Shown here: positions 35,914 to 45,938 of the stretch, piece by piece
Layout: each line of letters begins with the position of its first letter
Numbering within the stretch: the first letter of the stretch is position 1
Origin: Phaeosaccion multiseriatum
Taxonomy: Eukaryota; Protista; Ochrophyta, other classes
Direction: 5' to 3'
Length of the DNA: 64,000 bases
Assembly: GCA_965112735.1 (NCBI GenBank)
Contig: OZ218963.1
Span: 2,666,001-2,730,000, forward strand
The notes under the pieces: generated by a model
What the model was told of the DNA's origin: nothing
The model's database searches: none
Seen by the model: the letters and a program-made list of their open reading frames with translations, nothing else
Made by a program: the position numbers and the translations under genes

Positions 35914-38900
35914 TCAGAAGCCGAGATGCGAGCGATAGAATTGCGTCTCGTGCGCCAGCCCGCTGCCCCACTTCTCATGTTGCCGCAGACGGATCGTGCT
36001 TTCCCGTTTAGACCTATGCCCTCTTTTGACATTCACTCCTGGATCAAGGGCAGTGTGCGGGAGGGCGTTCTCGAACGCCTCTATGGCCTTGGCGTGTCCC
36101 CGCTCCAGTAACCACTCAGCCCATTCCCAGGTCTGGAAAGTGCCGCCGTCCGACACCGCCCACCGCACGTTATACTCTCGCCGCAGTGGCAGCCCCGTGG
36201 CTTTGCGCCAGCGGAACTTCACAATCCTCGCCAGCGTGGGCACTTTCCCTTCACTCACCTCGTCCAGCTCTAAGCTACGCTGCTCCTGCATTGCGCTGGT
36301 AGCCCACTGAGGAGAGCACCAACGGATATGATACCTGGCGAATCCTTCCGGGAGACCGAAGGGTCGCTCGCTCACCCCATCGATGAACGGCTTCGTCAAG
36401 TCTCTGTGGTACGCCCGTTGCAGCTGCTCCACACCATTGCCGCGCACCCGTTTCATAGACAGATACACTGCGCTGCGCTGCATGACCTGGTAGTGCTCTT
36501 CACTCACCCGCCCATGCTGAGCACAGTAGGCCCCCAGAGCTGGCCAAGGCAAGACTGTATAAGGACCATCCCACGAGTGCTGCAGAGCCTTGAGTTGCGC
36601 TGACGGGGGCCCTTCGAGTTCTTCCCCTTCTTGCTGGGCGGCGGCACCAGGACGATACAACATCACCTTGGTTCCGGGTCGCAGGGGCGTCGGCCAACGG
36701 CGTGAGGCGTTCTTCAGCTGCAATCTCCCGTGGTAGTCGCAGCGCCTCCCATTGACCACCGCCGCAGCCGCAGCCAGACGTGCCCGCAGTTCGTGGACCC
36801 ATGCCGAGGCAGACGAAAACGACCCGTCCTCCACTAGCGCCGGAAGCATCGCCTGTAGAGGCACCGGGGGGTGCCGACCGAACAAGGCGTAGAATGGCGC
36901 CATCCCCGTGCTCTCCTGCGAGCGGCAGTTGTACGCATAGGTGAGCCCGGCGACGTAATCTGGCCACTGCTGCATCTGTGACTCCACGGTCGTCGCCAAC
37001 ATGTCCTTGATCGTGGCCATGAAGCGCTCCACCTGCCCATTGGCCTGTTGGTGCATCGGCGTCGTGAACACTTGCGACGCCGATAGAACTCGCATCACAT
37101 CGCCCATGAGCGCACTGGTGAACTGCGAGCCTTGATCACTCACCAGCACTCGGGGCACACCCAGGGTGGTGACGACATGCCGCACGAAGGCCCGAGCAAT
37201 ACCTTCCGCCGTATAGTCCTGTGCCCTCAAAGGCACCACCACTGTCCACTTCGTGAACCAATCCTGAAACACCAAGAGGTACTCCTCACCGCCCATGCCC
37301 ATAGGAAAGGGGCCAGCCACATCAGCGCCCATGACCGCCCAAGGTCCATCCACCTTGGAAATGGACGACAGCGGCACAGGCTTTGGCTGCCGGCGAGGAG
37401 TCTTGCGTGTCTGGCACGCCAGACAGGAGCGGGCCCAATACAGCGCATGTGCATTCATCTTCTCCCACCATACGCGCTCTTGCAGCGCGTCTAGCATACG
37501 TCCCGGGCCTTGGTGCCCACCTGCGATGGCATCGGTGTGGGCGGCATGCAGCAAGGCTGGCCGCATCTCCTTGGGCACACATACTTGTAGCCGAGTGTGC
37601 CGCACCCGCCACCGAAAGCCCCCAGGAGCCCACTTACGCATCAAGAGCCCGTCCTCATCCACAAAGAACTCACCCCCACCTGCATCCACCACGCCGCCGG
37701 TGGGCCCAGCCTGAACACGGCGACGGAGTGCTTCCAGCTCCGCATCAGCCCGCTGCGCACGCACCCACCACGCGGCCTCGACATGCAGACTGCCACCCAA
37801 AGCTCCAGCCGCTCGTCTGTGCGCCGCGGCAGCAGGCACCGTGCCTGGTAGAGACCACCCAAACTGTCGCTCTGCCTCTCGTCGATGCCCATCAAGCTCG
37901 CGCTGCAAGGTGGACTCCTGCTCCACCGGCTCCTTGGAAACTGAATCCACTGCCTCCTCAGCTTCATTATCCACTGCATCCGCAGCTTCATCACCTGCAT
38001 CCCCCGCTTCTTCCGTGACCAGTAGATCTGCCGTACCAGGCTCCGACGGCGACTCCGCAGCAGGCGGCTCCCCAGGGTGGGTGATGCGGCCCTCCTCCGT
38101 AACAAGCTCCTCCGAGGGCAGACGAGACGCATCCTCCTCAAGCTCGGCCTCCCATGCAGCCCACGCATGAGCGGCCGCGGCACCCGTTTGCTGAGCCTCC
38201 GCTGGTGTGCACATCGAGAAGTAGTCACGCGACACCTGACGGACTTGCTTCCATGGCAACTCGATCATGGTATCTAGATGACTGGCCAACGCGCCCACCA
38301 CCTTCCGCTGGCGCTTATATGTCCGCGTGAACCGCTCCACCAGCTGCATCATTGTCTCCCACGAGCACTGCAGTTTGAATTGCAGTTTGGCCAGGTCGAA
38401 TACCTCCAACGTCTTGGAGTGGACACCAAAGATGTAGAGCGGTGACACGTGGTCGCGATCGCCCCAATAACCAACCGCGGCCTGCATGAACCTGCCGACT
38501 TGCATCTCCTCCTGCTCCGCAGGGGTGTGAGCAGGGCTCATCGCGCTAAGCTCCACCCCCGGGCCACCATGGACGAACGGCACACACTCCGCCATGCGAG
38601 GCCAGAGGCGGAGGAGCGCCGCAGCGTCAGCAAACGCGTACTCCCGTTGAGCGGCGGACAGCGGCCGCTTCGTCCAATCGGTGGCCCGCTCCTCCTTGCT
38701 AAGGTGTTGCTCCAAAAACATGCTGACAAGGTCCTGGAGTCCGATGAACTGAGTATGTTCGGGGCACACGCGCTTAAAGAGGTCACTGGTGTCCACCAAG
38801 TTGACGATGTGCTGGACATGCTCCGCGAGCTCCGGCCATCGGCCCAGGGCACGTTGGTCGTGACTCCAGTGGTGAGCCAGCTTCACAATCGAGGGTTCGG

Positions 38901-41900
38901 TCCACAGGTCCCGCAACACTTGCGCCAGTACCATCATACCCCCCGCCTTCTGAAGCGCGTCTAGATCAATCAAGAGCCCATAGTCACGCGCCACATCCGG
39001 CAGCGGCCCAACCTGCACGGCCAATTGCAGCAGCGACGCGCGCCGTCGGTGACGCGCCCACTCCGAATCCATAGCGACCACTTTGGCTGAGCGCAACTGA
39101 GTCGATAGAGCCTGCACGTGCCTCGGCGTAGACACGTACGTGCACCTCGCTGCGGAAATGTGACTCACAAATGGCGGCATCTGACCCAGCTGCCAGGCCT
39201 CTATCACAGCCTTCTTCACACCCAGCTGGGGTGCTCGCGTAGGCTGCCATCCACATTGCTGAAGACGCTGTGTCCAAGCACGCCGAGCAGTACCCCTGCG
39301 TGACTGCGTCGCCGCCAAGTCCACCTCTGCAGTCTGCCAGGCTTGTAGGGCCTCCGCTCCGCTCTGCTGCTGGTGGTGGCACCGTTGCTGCTGTTGCTGG
39401 GCCGTCACGGCAGGCACAGGAATAGGAAGGCGTGTGTCGGCTTCGCCCTGCAGCTGTTGCGCCACTGCGAGAAAGCGAAGCAGTGCGCCCTCCGTGGGCT
39501 CCTCCCAATGAAGGCTGCACTCGTCCCCTACCATCTCCACCAGGTTCAACTGCACCCCCATCGAAGCACACCAGGTGTGCAAGGGCGACGGCCACTCGCA
39601 CGCAACCATGGCCAAGTCTACCCCCGCATGCGTCTCCCACTCCTGCACCGGAAGCGCGTTGCGAGAGAGGCAGTCAGGCACCACCATTTGCTTCCCGGGA
39701 CGATGCACAAACTGCAAGTGGTGCGTAGAGAGCCGCTCGTACCATCTGAACAGCTTGGAATTGGTATCCTTGTGCCCAGCCAACCACAACAAGGGCTGAT
39801 GGTCCGTCACCACTGTGGTGGGGTAGTGGCAGATGTACATGGCCAGTTTGCGCACACACCACACCACTGCCAGCAGCTCCAGCTCCGTGCTGCTCAGTCG
39901 CGCCTCCGTCTCCGTGGTAGCCCGACTGATGAACGTCACCACACGCTCCTCCCCGGTCGCATCTTTCTGAGAGAGCACTCCTGCTAACCCTTCCGTCGAG
40001 GCATCGGTACTCAGGGTGAAAGTCGTCGCTGGCCCGTACTCCGGAAAAGCCAGTGCAGGGGAAGACAACAAGTCGGCAACGAGTCCATCCCAAGCTGCAT
40101 CGTGCGAGGCATTCCAGGCGGTGCTCACGTCGACGCCCTTACGCAGCAGCCCATTGAGGGGCCGCACTTTGCGCGCAAACTCCGGAATGAAACGGCGAAA
40201 GTAGCTGAGCATGCCAATGAAACGCCGCACCTGCTTAACTCGATTGACGCCGCCATCCTTCGCAAGCAACCTCAACGGCTTGACCAGCTCTTGCACCGCC
40301 GCATGCTTGGCCGGGTCTGTGCGCACCCCATTCTGATCCAGCAAATGCCCGCAGAACCGCACCTCCGGTGCACCCAATACAGCCTTACTCGGCTCCAACT
40401 TGAGCTTGTGCTCCACCAACCGCGCAAGCACAGCATCCAAATGCTCCAGATGCTGCTCAACCGTAGCCGAAAACACAGCAATATCGTCCACAAAGCATGC
40501 CACATGCTCCTGAAGCCCCTTGAGCACCTTGTTCATAAGCCGCACAAAGACTGCAGGCGCATTCTTCGCGCCCTGCGGCATCACTCGCCAAGCGTAAGTT
40601 CCACTGTGGCACACAAAGGTGGATATGTCCTCTTCCGCTGCTGATGCCATCGGCACATTGAAGTAGCCCGACATGATGTCCATCACCGAGAACACCTTGG
40701 AGCCATGCATCTCTGCCAGCAGATCATCAATCACCGGCATCGCAGGGGCCTCCGTGCGACACGCATCATTCAGCTGAGACAAGTCACACGTCATACGTAC
40801 CACAGGCGTCCCATCCTCATGACACTTGGTTTTGCCAGCTGCGTCCGTCTTCAAGACCGCCATCAGCGGAGTAGCCCAGCTGGAAGTGCTGGGGCGAATG
40901 ATGGCAGCCGCGAGAAGCTTGTCAATCTCAATCTCAATCCCCCGCCGCAAATGTGGAGGATACCGTCGAGCGGAGCTCCGAATGGGCTGCTGATTCGCAT
41001 CCTTCAGTCCCCACTCAAAGAAGAGAGTATCCGTCCGACCGTAGTCACCAGGCCTCTGACAGAATGCTTGCGACCGAGCGCGAAGGATCGCCACCAGTCC
41101 CCAGCGTTGCACCTCCGTCCAGGCACCGTCGCCAATCGTGATAGCGTGCAGGGGCGACGGTAGCTCCCTGAGCCAGAACTGAGCCCTCTCCGTAGTGAGC
41201 TTGGCACGGCGCCGCTGCTCCACCACAAGCTCTCCTGCATCCCACGACTCCACTCCCCCACCAAGACAGCGACTCTCCTGCAGCACCGTTCGCAATTGGA
41301 TGAGGAGCAGCAGCGCATTGGTCATATCCTGCTCCACCTTCTCCTGCTGCTGTAATGGGCGACTAGACCACAACGACAAGAGCTGTTGGGCCCATGCGGC
41401 CACAGCAACGTCCCCAACGCCGCTCAGACCCGTGCCAGCGGCTTGGTGTACATGGGGGCGCAGGAGCAGTAGCGCGGTCACAGCCCCTTCCTCTGCCGCA
41501 ACCAAGCACTCGCGCAGACGTCCATACACTCGCTCTGACAGGTGAGGGTACCACTCCTTGATCAACTGCACTCCTGCCATCAGAGTCCCACCGGACGTGT
41601 CACTCTGGCTACCGAGTCGCAAGGCACCATCCGCATCCAGTACCCACCCATCACCGCGTAGGTCAGTCAATGATGTGCCCACCGCCGCCGACGATGAACC
41701 TGCCTCGGACCGTAGTGGCGGTTCCTCCGACGCCACTGACGATGCCGCCCCTGGCGCAGGCCTGCTGGTGGAATCATCAGCCCCCGCCACGTGGTGGACC
41801 TGCAGCTGGCCTGTACGAGGCGGTCGGGGCTCCTGCAACTGTGTCTGACGGCGTCGCGCTACCGCCGCCGGAGCCACCTGCTGCTGTACCGCATTGGACC

Positions 41901-42378
41901 GCTGAACCTGCTGAGCTGCCGACGAATCCGCTCGCTTAAAGAGCTCTTCCCGCTGGGCCTTGTGCCGTCGCTGCAATGCCCACTGGCGTTGCTGCCGTGC
42001 CTGCTGCTGTGCCGCTTGTAACCGCTTGGCCTGCTGCGTTGCCAACCAGGCTGCTGTCTCCTCCTTCGAGTCCACTCGTGGTGTGTCAGCTCGTCTGGCC
42101 GGCACTCGCACTGTCCCCCCAGGAGGGCGCCAAGGGCACGCGACGCTCCCGCGGCACCTGTCGTTGCCCCAAGTCGCTCCCCCAAGCGAGACGAAGCCCT
42201 CGGTGATGCCAGGCGCAGGAGCCGTCAGCGCACAGCTCCCGTCGCAGCGGCAAAACTTGTCGTCGCACTTGCTCATGGCGCTCCAACACTGCTTGCCGAT
42301 GAACCTGGTCCCACAGCACAGGAGACTCCACAAGCATTGATGCCACTCTCCGACGTTGCCGCTGCAACCGCCCAGCAC
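35914..42378 (-). CDS. pol: Gy-EXO pol: RT, RNase H, DEDDy 3'-5' exonuclease, integrase, chromodomain
   Basis: RT SSWATPL, MDIMSGYF, VMPQGAKNAP, FVDD; RNase H STDAS; EXO DSEW/HD/YAFAD (~38590-39140); integrase HHCC, GADV, SDQGSQF, NGQVER, GPY; chromodomain EYNVRW...QTWEW. Confidence 0.95.
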   Translation of the reverse strand: MLGGCSGNVGEWHQCLWSLLCCGTRFIGKQCWSAMSKCDDKFCRCDGSCALTAPAPGITEGFVSLGGATWGNDRCRGSVACPWRPPGGTVRVPARRADTPRVDSKEETAAWLATQQAKRLQAAQQQARQQRQWALQRRHKAQREELFKRADSSAAQQVQRSNAVQQQVAPAAVARRRQTQLQEPRPPRTGQLQVHHVAGADDSTSRPAPGAASSVASEEPPLRSEAGSSSAAVGTSLTDLRGDGWVLDADGALRLGSQSDTSGGTLMAGVQLIKEWYPHLSERVYGRLRECLVAAEEGAVTALLLLRPHVHQAAGTGLSGVGDVAVAAWAQQLLSLWSSRPLQQQEKVEQDMTNALLLLIQLRTVLQESRCLGGGVESWDAGELVVEQRRRAKLTTERAQFWLRELPSPLHAITIGDGAWTEVQRWGLVAILRARSQAFCQRPGDYGRTDTLFFEWGLKDANQQPIRSSARRYPPHLRRGIEIEIDKLLAAAIIRPSTSSWATPLMAVLKTDAAGKTKCHEDGTPVVRMTCDLSQLNDACRTEAPAMPVIDDLLAEMHGSKVFSVMDIMSGYFNVPMASAAEEDISTFVCHSGTYAWRVMPQGAKNAPAVFVRLMNKVLKGLQEHVACFVDDIAVFSATVEQHLEHLDAVLARLVEHKLKLEPSKAVLGAPEVRFCGHLLDQNGVRTDPAKHAAVQELVKPLRLLAKDGGVNRVKQVRRFIGMLSYFRRFIPEFARKVRPLNGLLRKGVDVSTAWNASHDAAWDGLVADLLSSPALAFPEYGPATTFTLSTDASTEGLAGVLSQKDATGEERVVTFISRATTETEARLSSTELELLAVVWCVRKLAMYICHYPTTVVTDHQPLLWLAGHKDTNSKLFRWYERLSTHHLQFVHRPGKQMVVPDCLSRNALPVQEWETHAGVDLAMVACEWPSPLHTWCASMGVQLNLVEMVGDECSLHWEEPTEGALLRFLAVAQQLQGEADTRLPIPVPAVTAQQQQQRCHHQQQSGAEALQAWQTAEVDLAATQSRRGTARRAWTQRLQQCGWQPTRAPQLGVKKAVIEAWQLGQMPPFVSHISAARCTYVSTPRHVQALSTQLRSAKVVAMDSEWARHRRRASLLQLAVQVGPLPDVARDYGLLIDLDALQKAGGMMVLAQVLRDLWTEPSIVKLAHHWSHDQRALGRWPELAEHVQHIVNLVDTSDLFKRVCPEHTQFIGLQDLVSMFLEQHLSKEERATDWTKRPLSAAQREYAFADAAALLRLWPRMAECVPFVHGGPGVELSAMSPAHTPAEQEEMQVGRFMQAAVGYWGDRDHVSPLYIFGVHSKTLEVFDLAKLQFKLQCSWETMMQLVERFTRTYKRQRKVVGALASHLDTMIELPWKQVRQVSRDYFSMCTPAEAQQTGAAAAHAWAAWEAELEEDASRLPSEELVTEEGRITHPGEPPAAESPSEPGTADLLVTEEAGDAGDEAADAVDNEAEEAVDSVSKEPVEQESTLQRELDGHRREAERQFGWSLPGTVPAAAAHRRAAGALGGSLHVEAAWWVRAQRADAELEALRRRVQAGPTGGVVDAGGGEFFVDEDGLLMRKWAPGGFRWRVRHTRLQVCVPKEMRPALLHAAHTDAIAGGHQGPGRMLDALQERVWWEKMNAHALYWARSCLACQTRKTPRRQPKPVPLSSISKVDGPWAVMGADVAGPFPMGMGGEEYLLVFQDWFTKWTVVVPLRAQDYTAEGIARAFVRHVVTTLGVPRVLVSDQGSQFTSALMGDVMRVLSASQVFTTPMHQQANGQVERFMATIKDMLATTVESQMQQWPDYVAGLTYAYNCRSQESTGMAPFYALFGRHPPVPLQAMLPALVEDGSFSSASAWVHELRARLAAAAAVVNGRRCDYHGRLQLKNASRRWPTPLRPGTKVMLYRPGAAAQQEGEELEGPPSAQLKALQHSWDGPYTVLPWPALGAYCAQHGRVSEEHYQVMQRSAVYLSMKRVRGNGVEQLQRAYHRDLTKPFIDGVSERPFGLPEGFARYHIRWCSPQWATSAMQEQRSLELDEVSEGKVPTLARIVKFRWRKATGLPLRREYNVRWAVSDGGTFQTWEWAEWLLERGHAKAIEAFENALPHTALDPGVNVKRGHRSKRESTIRLRQHEKWGSGLAHETQFYRSHLGF

Positions 42379-45300
42379 CCACTCGACTCTGACGACACTG
42401 ACTCCCCTTCTTGCCGCTGCGCTGCAAATGCTGAAACCGGGCCTTCACTGCCGGCTGAGGCACCAGAGTCGATGGCACCCCCACCTCAGTCCGTGGGTGC
42501 GTCAGGGCCTGCACCTGCACAGCTTGCAGCGGAAGCGCCGTAGCCCCCAGCTCAGCCTCCTCTGGTACCACCGAGCAGCGAACTACAGGCCCCTGCGGTG
42601 GGCACCAGACCGGCTCAGCTCCTGCTTCAGCTTCAGCCGGCTGCTGCGACGCCTCCTCCTCCACCACAGACTCAACCGCCTCCCGCGCCTTGGACCATGG
42701 CAGCCTGCGCTTCACCACACGCCTCACCATCCCGCCAAGAGCACCAAGCCAGGAGGAGGGGGCCGCTGCAGTCTCCGGCATGGTATCTGAAGAAGCCGGC
42801 TCAGCGAGCATGAGCGCGGCCACCTCAGCGCTCGCCTCCGAGTCGAGCAAGCAAGAAGCGGTGCCGATGACCTGCCCAGGAACGACCACAATGACCTGAT
42901 TGTGGTGATTCTGCACTGTGATTCGGTAACTCTGCCCCCCAGCATACACACCATCTTTGTGCGCCACTAGAACCTGCTCGTGCTCCAGCCACCATAGAAC
43001 GTCCGCCTCTGCCGCCAAGTGTCCGTGAGCGCCCAGCTCCACCACCGCCTGGACACCCTCAACGATACCCGTAAGCTCGAGGAGAAGGGACCCCGTCTGT
43101 CCAGGTCCCAAGCTCAAAGCCTCCACAGCACGTACCCCCTCAACAGCAGCGTTGCCGTCCACCACTGCCAGCACTTGCACAGCCAAGGCATCGGACGGAC
43201 GAGCATCCGACGTGGCCTCCTCCGAAGGAGTCGGAAGTACGTAGAGCTGCTTCGCACGATGATCGACGACTGCCCCTACTTGGGTGAAGAAATCCTGCCC
43301 CAAGAAGATGGGCCGCGCCAAGTGGTCCACCACATGAAAGGGTAGCACCGGCTGGCACGTCGGCGTGAGTCCCACCTGAAGCCAAACAAGCCCTCTGGAC
43401 ATAGTCTTGGCACGATTGTCAGCGTAAGACACCTGCACCCCCTTCTGCGTGGCGAGCTCTGACCGCTCCACCGTGCCATCCGCCACCAGTTGATTGAAGC
43501 AGGCTGTCGAGATGCAGCCCGCTCCTGTGCACCCACTGTCCATCAAGGCTGTAAAGGCGCTCTTCTCCACGGCGTCGGCGGCACTGGCATCCCGTGGAGC
43601 GGTAGCAGCCAAGCAATGCCGAGCGTCACTGACCTTCACTGGCGAGCGCACCGTAACCTCGATCGTGTGGCCCCGCCCTGCTGGGACTGCCGTACGACCC
43701 GTGGCAGCCACCGCTTCGGCAATCTCAGCTCTCCGCACTGCTGTCTGCAAGGCGGCCACCCCCCCCGGAGCGTCCTCCATCCGCACACGGTAGAGAGCCA
43801 AGGCAGCGCGTTGCACACACCCCTCACACATATCACACTCACTGTCAACAGCCGACGCACAGGCACAAGCTCCCGGACTGGGGGGCTCCTTGAGCAGAGC
43901 GACTCCCGCGCCAGGCTCCAAGGCTACTGCATGACAAGCACGCACAAACGGATCAAGGGCAAGCGTGTGCAGCCCCGCCTCCTCCGTCAACACCGCCGTG
44001 AAAGCAGCCTCCTGCTGATGCTGCTGTGCTGCTGCTGTCGCACGAGCACGCTGCCTCCGCTGCTTCCTCCGTACCCGCCGTCGAAGAGCTACTGCGCGCC
44101 TCGCTGCATCCTGCTGCTCCTGTGCCGCCTGCTCGTCACCCTTGCGCAGCGCTGCCTTCGCCTGCTGGGCACGCCGTCTCAACCACTTTGCTGCCACCCT
44201 CTGCTCAGTCCTGCTCCGCCCCTCCGCCGGAGGCACCGCTGGAGACGTCAGCGGCAGGGTCCGAAGGCTCTGCTCCTGCTGCTGAAGCTGAACCTCCTCC
44301 TGCTGCTGAAGCTGAACCTGCCACGCCCACTGTTCATGTTCCCCCGTGGGAGTGAATGGCGGAAGAGATGCTGCCCCGAGCGGTAAGGCCCGCACGAGGC
44401 CCATGGCCTTGGCCTGGCGAGGCGTCACCAGGGAGCACAGCTGCTGAGGCTGAAGCTCATCGCTTGACGGTGGGCTGGCTTTTGCAACCTGGACGGCAGC
44501 CTCGACAGCATGACCCTGCTGCTGCTCCAATTGCTCCTGCTGCCCCCCCGCCACCTGCGGCTGCTGCTGCAGCAGCTGCTGCTGCTGTCCCAGCCGCTGT
44601 TGCCGCTCCTTCGCCGCACGCAGTGCGCGCTGTTCCGGGAAGGCACACGCACGCACCCGCTCCAAACCCCTTGCATCCATCCAGACAGACTCGTGTTGCG
44701 CAACGGTTGCCGCCTCGCACTCAACCTCCCCCACTGCCGACGGTGGCACCTGCTGCTCCGGACACTCACCCGCAACGACTGCATCCTCCTGGCGCAGAGG
44801 CAGCGGCAGCGCGACGTCAGGTCCGCTCGACGGCTCGACGGCAGAGCCGGGCTGCGGTGCTTCGACTAAGCACACGGAGCGTACCACTGGACACGGCTGC
44901 TGCTGCTGCTGCTGCTGCTGCTCCGGCGGCGGCAGCTGCTCGACTGCGGAAGCCGCTGGCGCAGCCTCCTGGTGCGCGCCCTCCACGACTACCTCTACTG
45001 CACGCTGCGCCTGCTGCTGTACCGCCGTCATCGCCGTGTGCTCACCAGCAACGACTGCATCCGGGCCGTCAGTGCCCCGCGACTGCTCGACCACAGAGCG
45101 TACCACAGGACCCGGCTGCTGCGCTAGCTGCCGCTCCGGCTGCTGGCGCTGCGGCTGCGGCAGCTGCCGCTCCGACGCTGGCAGCTGCTCGACCGCGGAC
45201 GGCGCAGGCACAGCCTCTCTGTGCGCACCCTCCACGACTGCCTCTACGACACGGCGCTGCTGCTGCTGCTGCTGCTGCTGCAGCTGCTGCTGCTGCAGCT

Positions 45301-45550
45301 GCTGCTGCTGTTGCTGTTGCCGTTGTAGCCGAGCACGTTTGAGTCTGTCGCCACACCACATGTCACTCCGATAAACTCTGATGGCAGGTGACTCCTGCTC
45401 TACACGACTAGCCTGACCGCTCCTACGCTGAGCGTCGGCATGGGGCAAAGGTGGGTCTGACAAACAAGATAGGTGCGAAGTACATTCATTATCTTCTACA
45501 CTGCTCTTGCCCGCCCTCCCCCTGTTCCCCCACGCCGACGCTATCCTCAC
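42086..45550 (-). CDS. Gy-EXO pol N-terminal part: Q-rich spacer, aspartic protease, possible degenerate dUTPase-like fold
   Basis: ALMDSGCTG...PIFLGQDFF protease motifs, followed by LSLGPGQT...VQNHHNQVIVVVPGQVIG. Confidence 0.8.
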   Translation of the reverse strand: MRIASAWGNRGRAGKSSVEDNECTSHLSCLSDPPLPHADAQRRSGQASRVEQESPAIRVYRSDMWCGDRLKRARLQRQQQQQQQLQQQQLQQQQQQQQRRVVEAVVEGAHREAVPAPSAVEQLPASERQLPQPQRQQPERQLAQQPGPVVRSVVEQSRGTDGPDAVVAGEHTAMTAVQQQAQRAVEVVVEGAHQEAAPAASAVEQLPPPEQQQQQQQQPCPVVRSVCLVEAPQPGSAVEPSSGPDVALPLPLRQEDAVVAGECPEQQVPPSAVGEVECEAATVAQHESVWMDARGLERVRACAFPEQRALRAAKERQQRLGQQQQLLQQQPQVAGGQQEQLEQQQGHAVEAAVQVAKASPPSSDELQPQQLCSLVTPRQAKAMGLVRALPLGAASLPPFTPTGEHEQWAWQVQLQQQEEVQLQQQEQSLRTLPLTSPAVPPAEGRSRTEQRVAAKWLRRRAQQAKAALRKGDEQAAQEQQDAARRAVALRRRVRRKQRRQRARATAAAQQHQQEAAFTAVLTEEAGLHTLALDPFVRACHAVALEPGAGVALLKEPPSPGACACASAVDSECDMCEGCVQRAALALYRVRMEDAPGGVAALQTAVRRAEIAEAVAATGRTAVPAGRGHTIEVTVRSPVKVSDARHCLAATAPRDASAADAVEKSAFTALMDSGCTGAGCISTACFNQLVADGTVERSELATQKGVQVSYADNRAKTMSRGLVWLQVGLTPTCQPVLPFHVVDHLARPIFLGQDFFTQVGAVVDHRAKQLYVLPTPSEEATSDARPSDALAVQVLAVVDGNAAVEGVRAVEALSLGPGQTGSLLLELTGIVEGVQAVVELGAHGHLAAEADVLWWLEHEQVLVAHKDGVYAGGQSYRITVQNHHNQVIVVVPGQVIGTASCLLDSEASAEVAALMLAEPASSDTMPETAAAPSSWLGALGGMVRRVVKRRLPWSKAREAVESVVEEEASQQPAEAEAGAEPVWCPPQGPVVRCSVVPEEAELGATALPLQAVQVQALTHPRTEVGVPSTLVPQPAVKARFQHLQRSGKKGSQCRQSRVGAGRLQRQRRRVASMLVESPVLWDQVHRQAVLERHEQVRRQVLPLRRELCADGSCAWHHRGLRLAWGSDLGQRQVPRERRVPLAPSWGDSASAGQTS

Positions 45551-45602
45551 GCGCTGCGGTCGTGGGCCCCAGGGCTGCTGGCCAAGCAGCCCCGGGGCAC
45601 CG

Positions 45603-45903
45603 TCAGCCTTCGAACTTGAACCCGTCCTGCGCCGCCAGAGTGCCCGCCACCATTGCTGCTACGGCTTCAGACATGTCGGACTCCTGGTGCTGCGCTCTGA
45701 CCGCCTGCCGCCGCTGCACGCGACTCACAATGCCGAGCAGCTCCTCACGCGTAGCGGGGATGGCGTTGCATTCTATCCATCCATGGCCGGCGCGGCGACA
45801 AGTCATGCAGTTAAATGGGGCATTGCCGTTGCCACGCTGCTTCACCGAGCCGTGGAACAGCAAGGGCCGCTGCTGGGTGGGCGTGAGCCGCGGCTGCTGC
45901 GCC

Positions 45904-45938
<35 letters not shown>

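Noticed and set aside
41900-42400. Programmed frameshift between the protease and RT ORFs in Y
   Set aside because: X differs here by two homopolymer indels and is net in frame, so mutation or sequencing error cannot be excluded. No clear slippery signal was identified.
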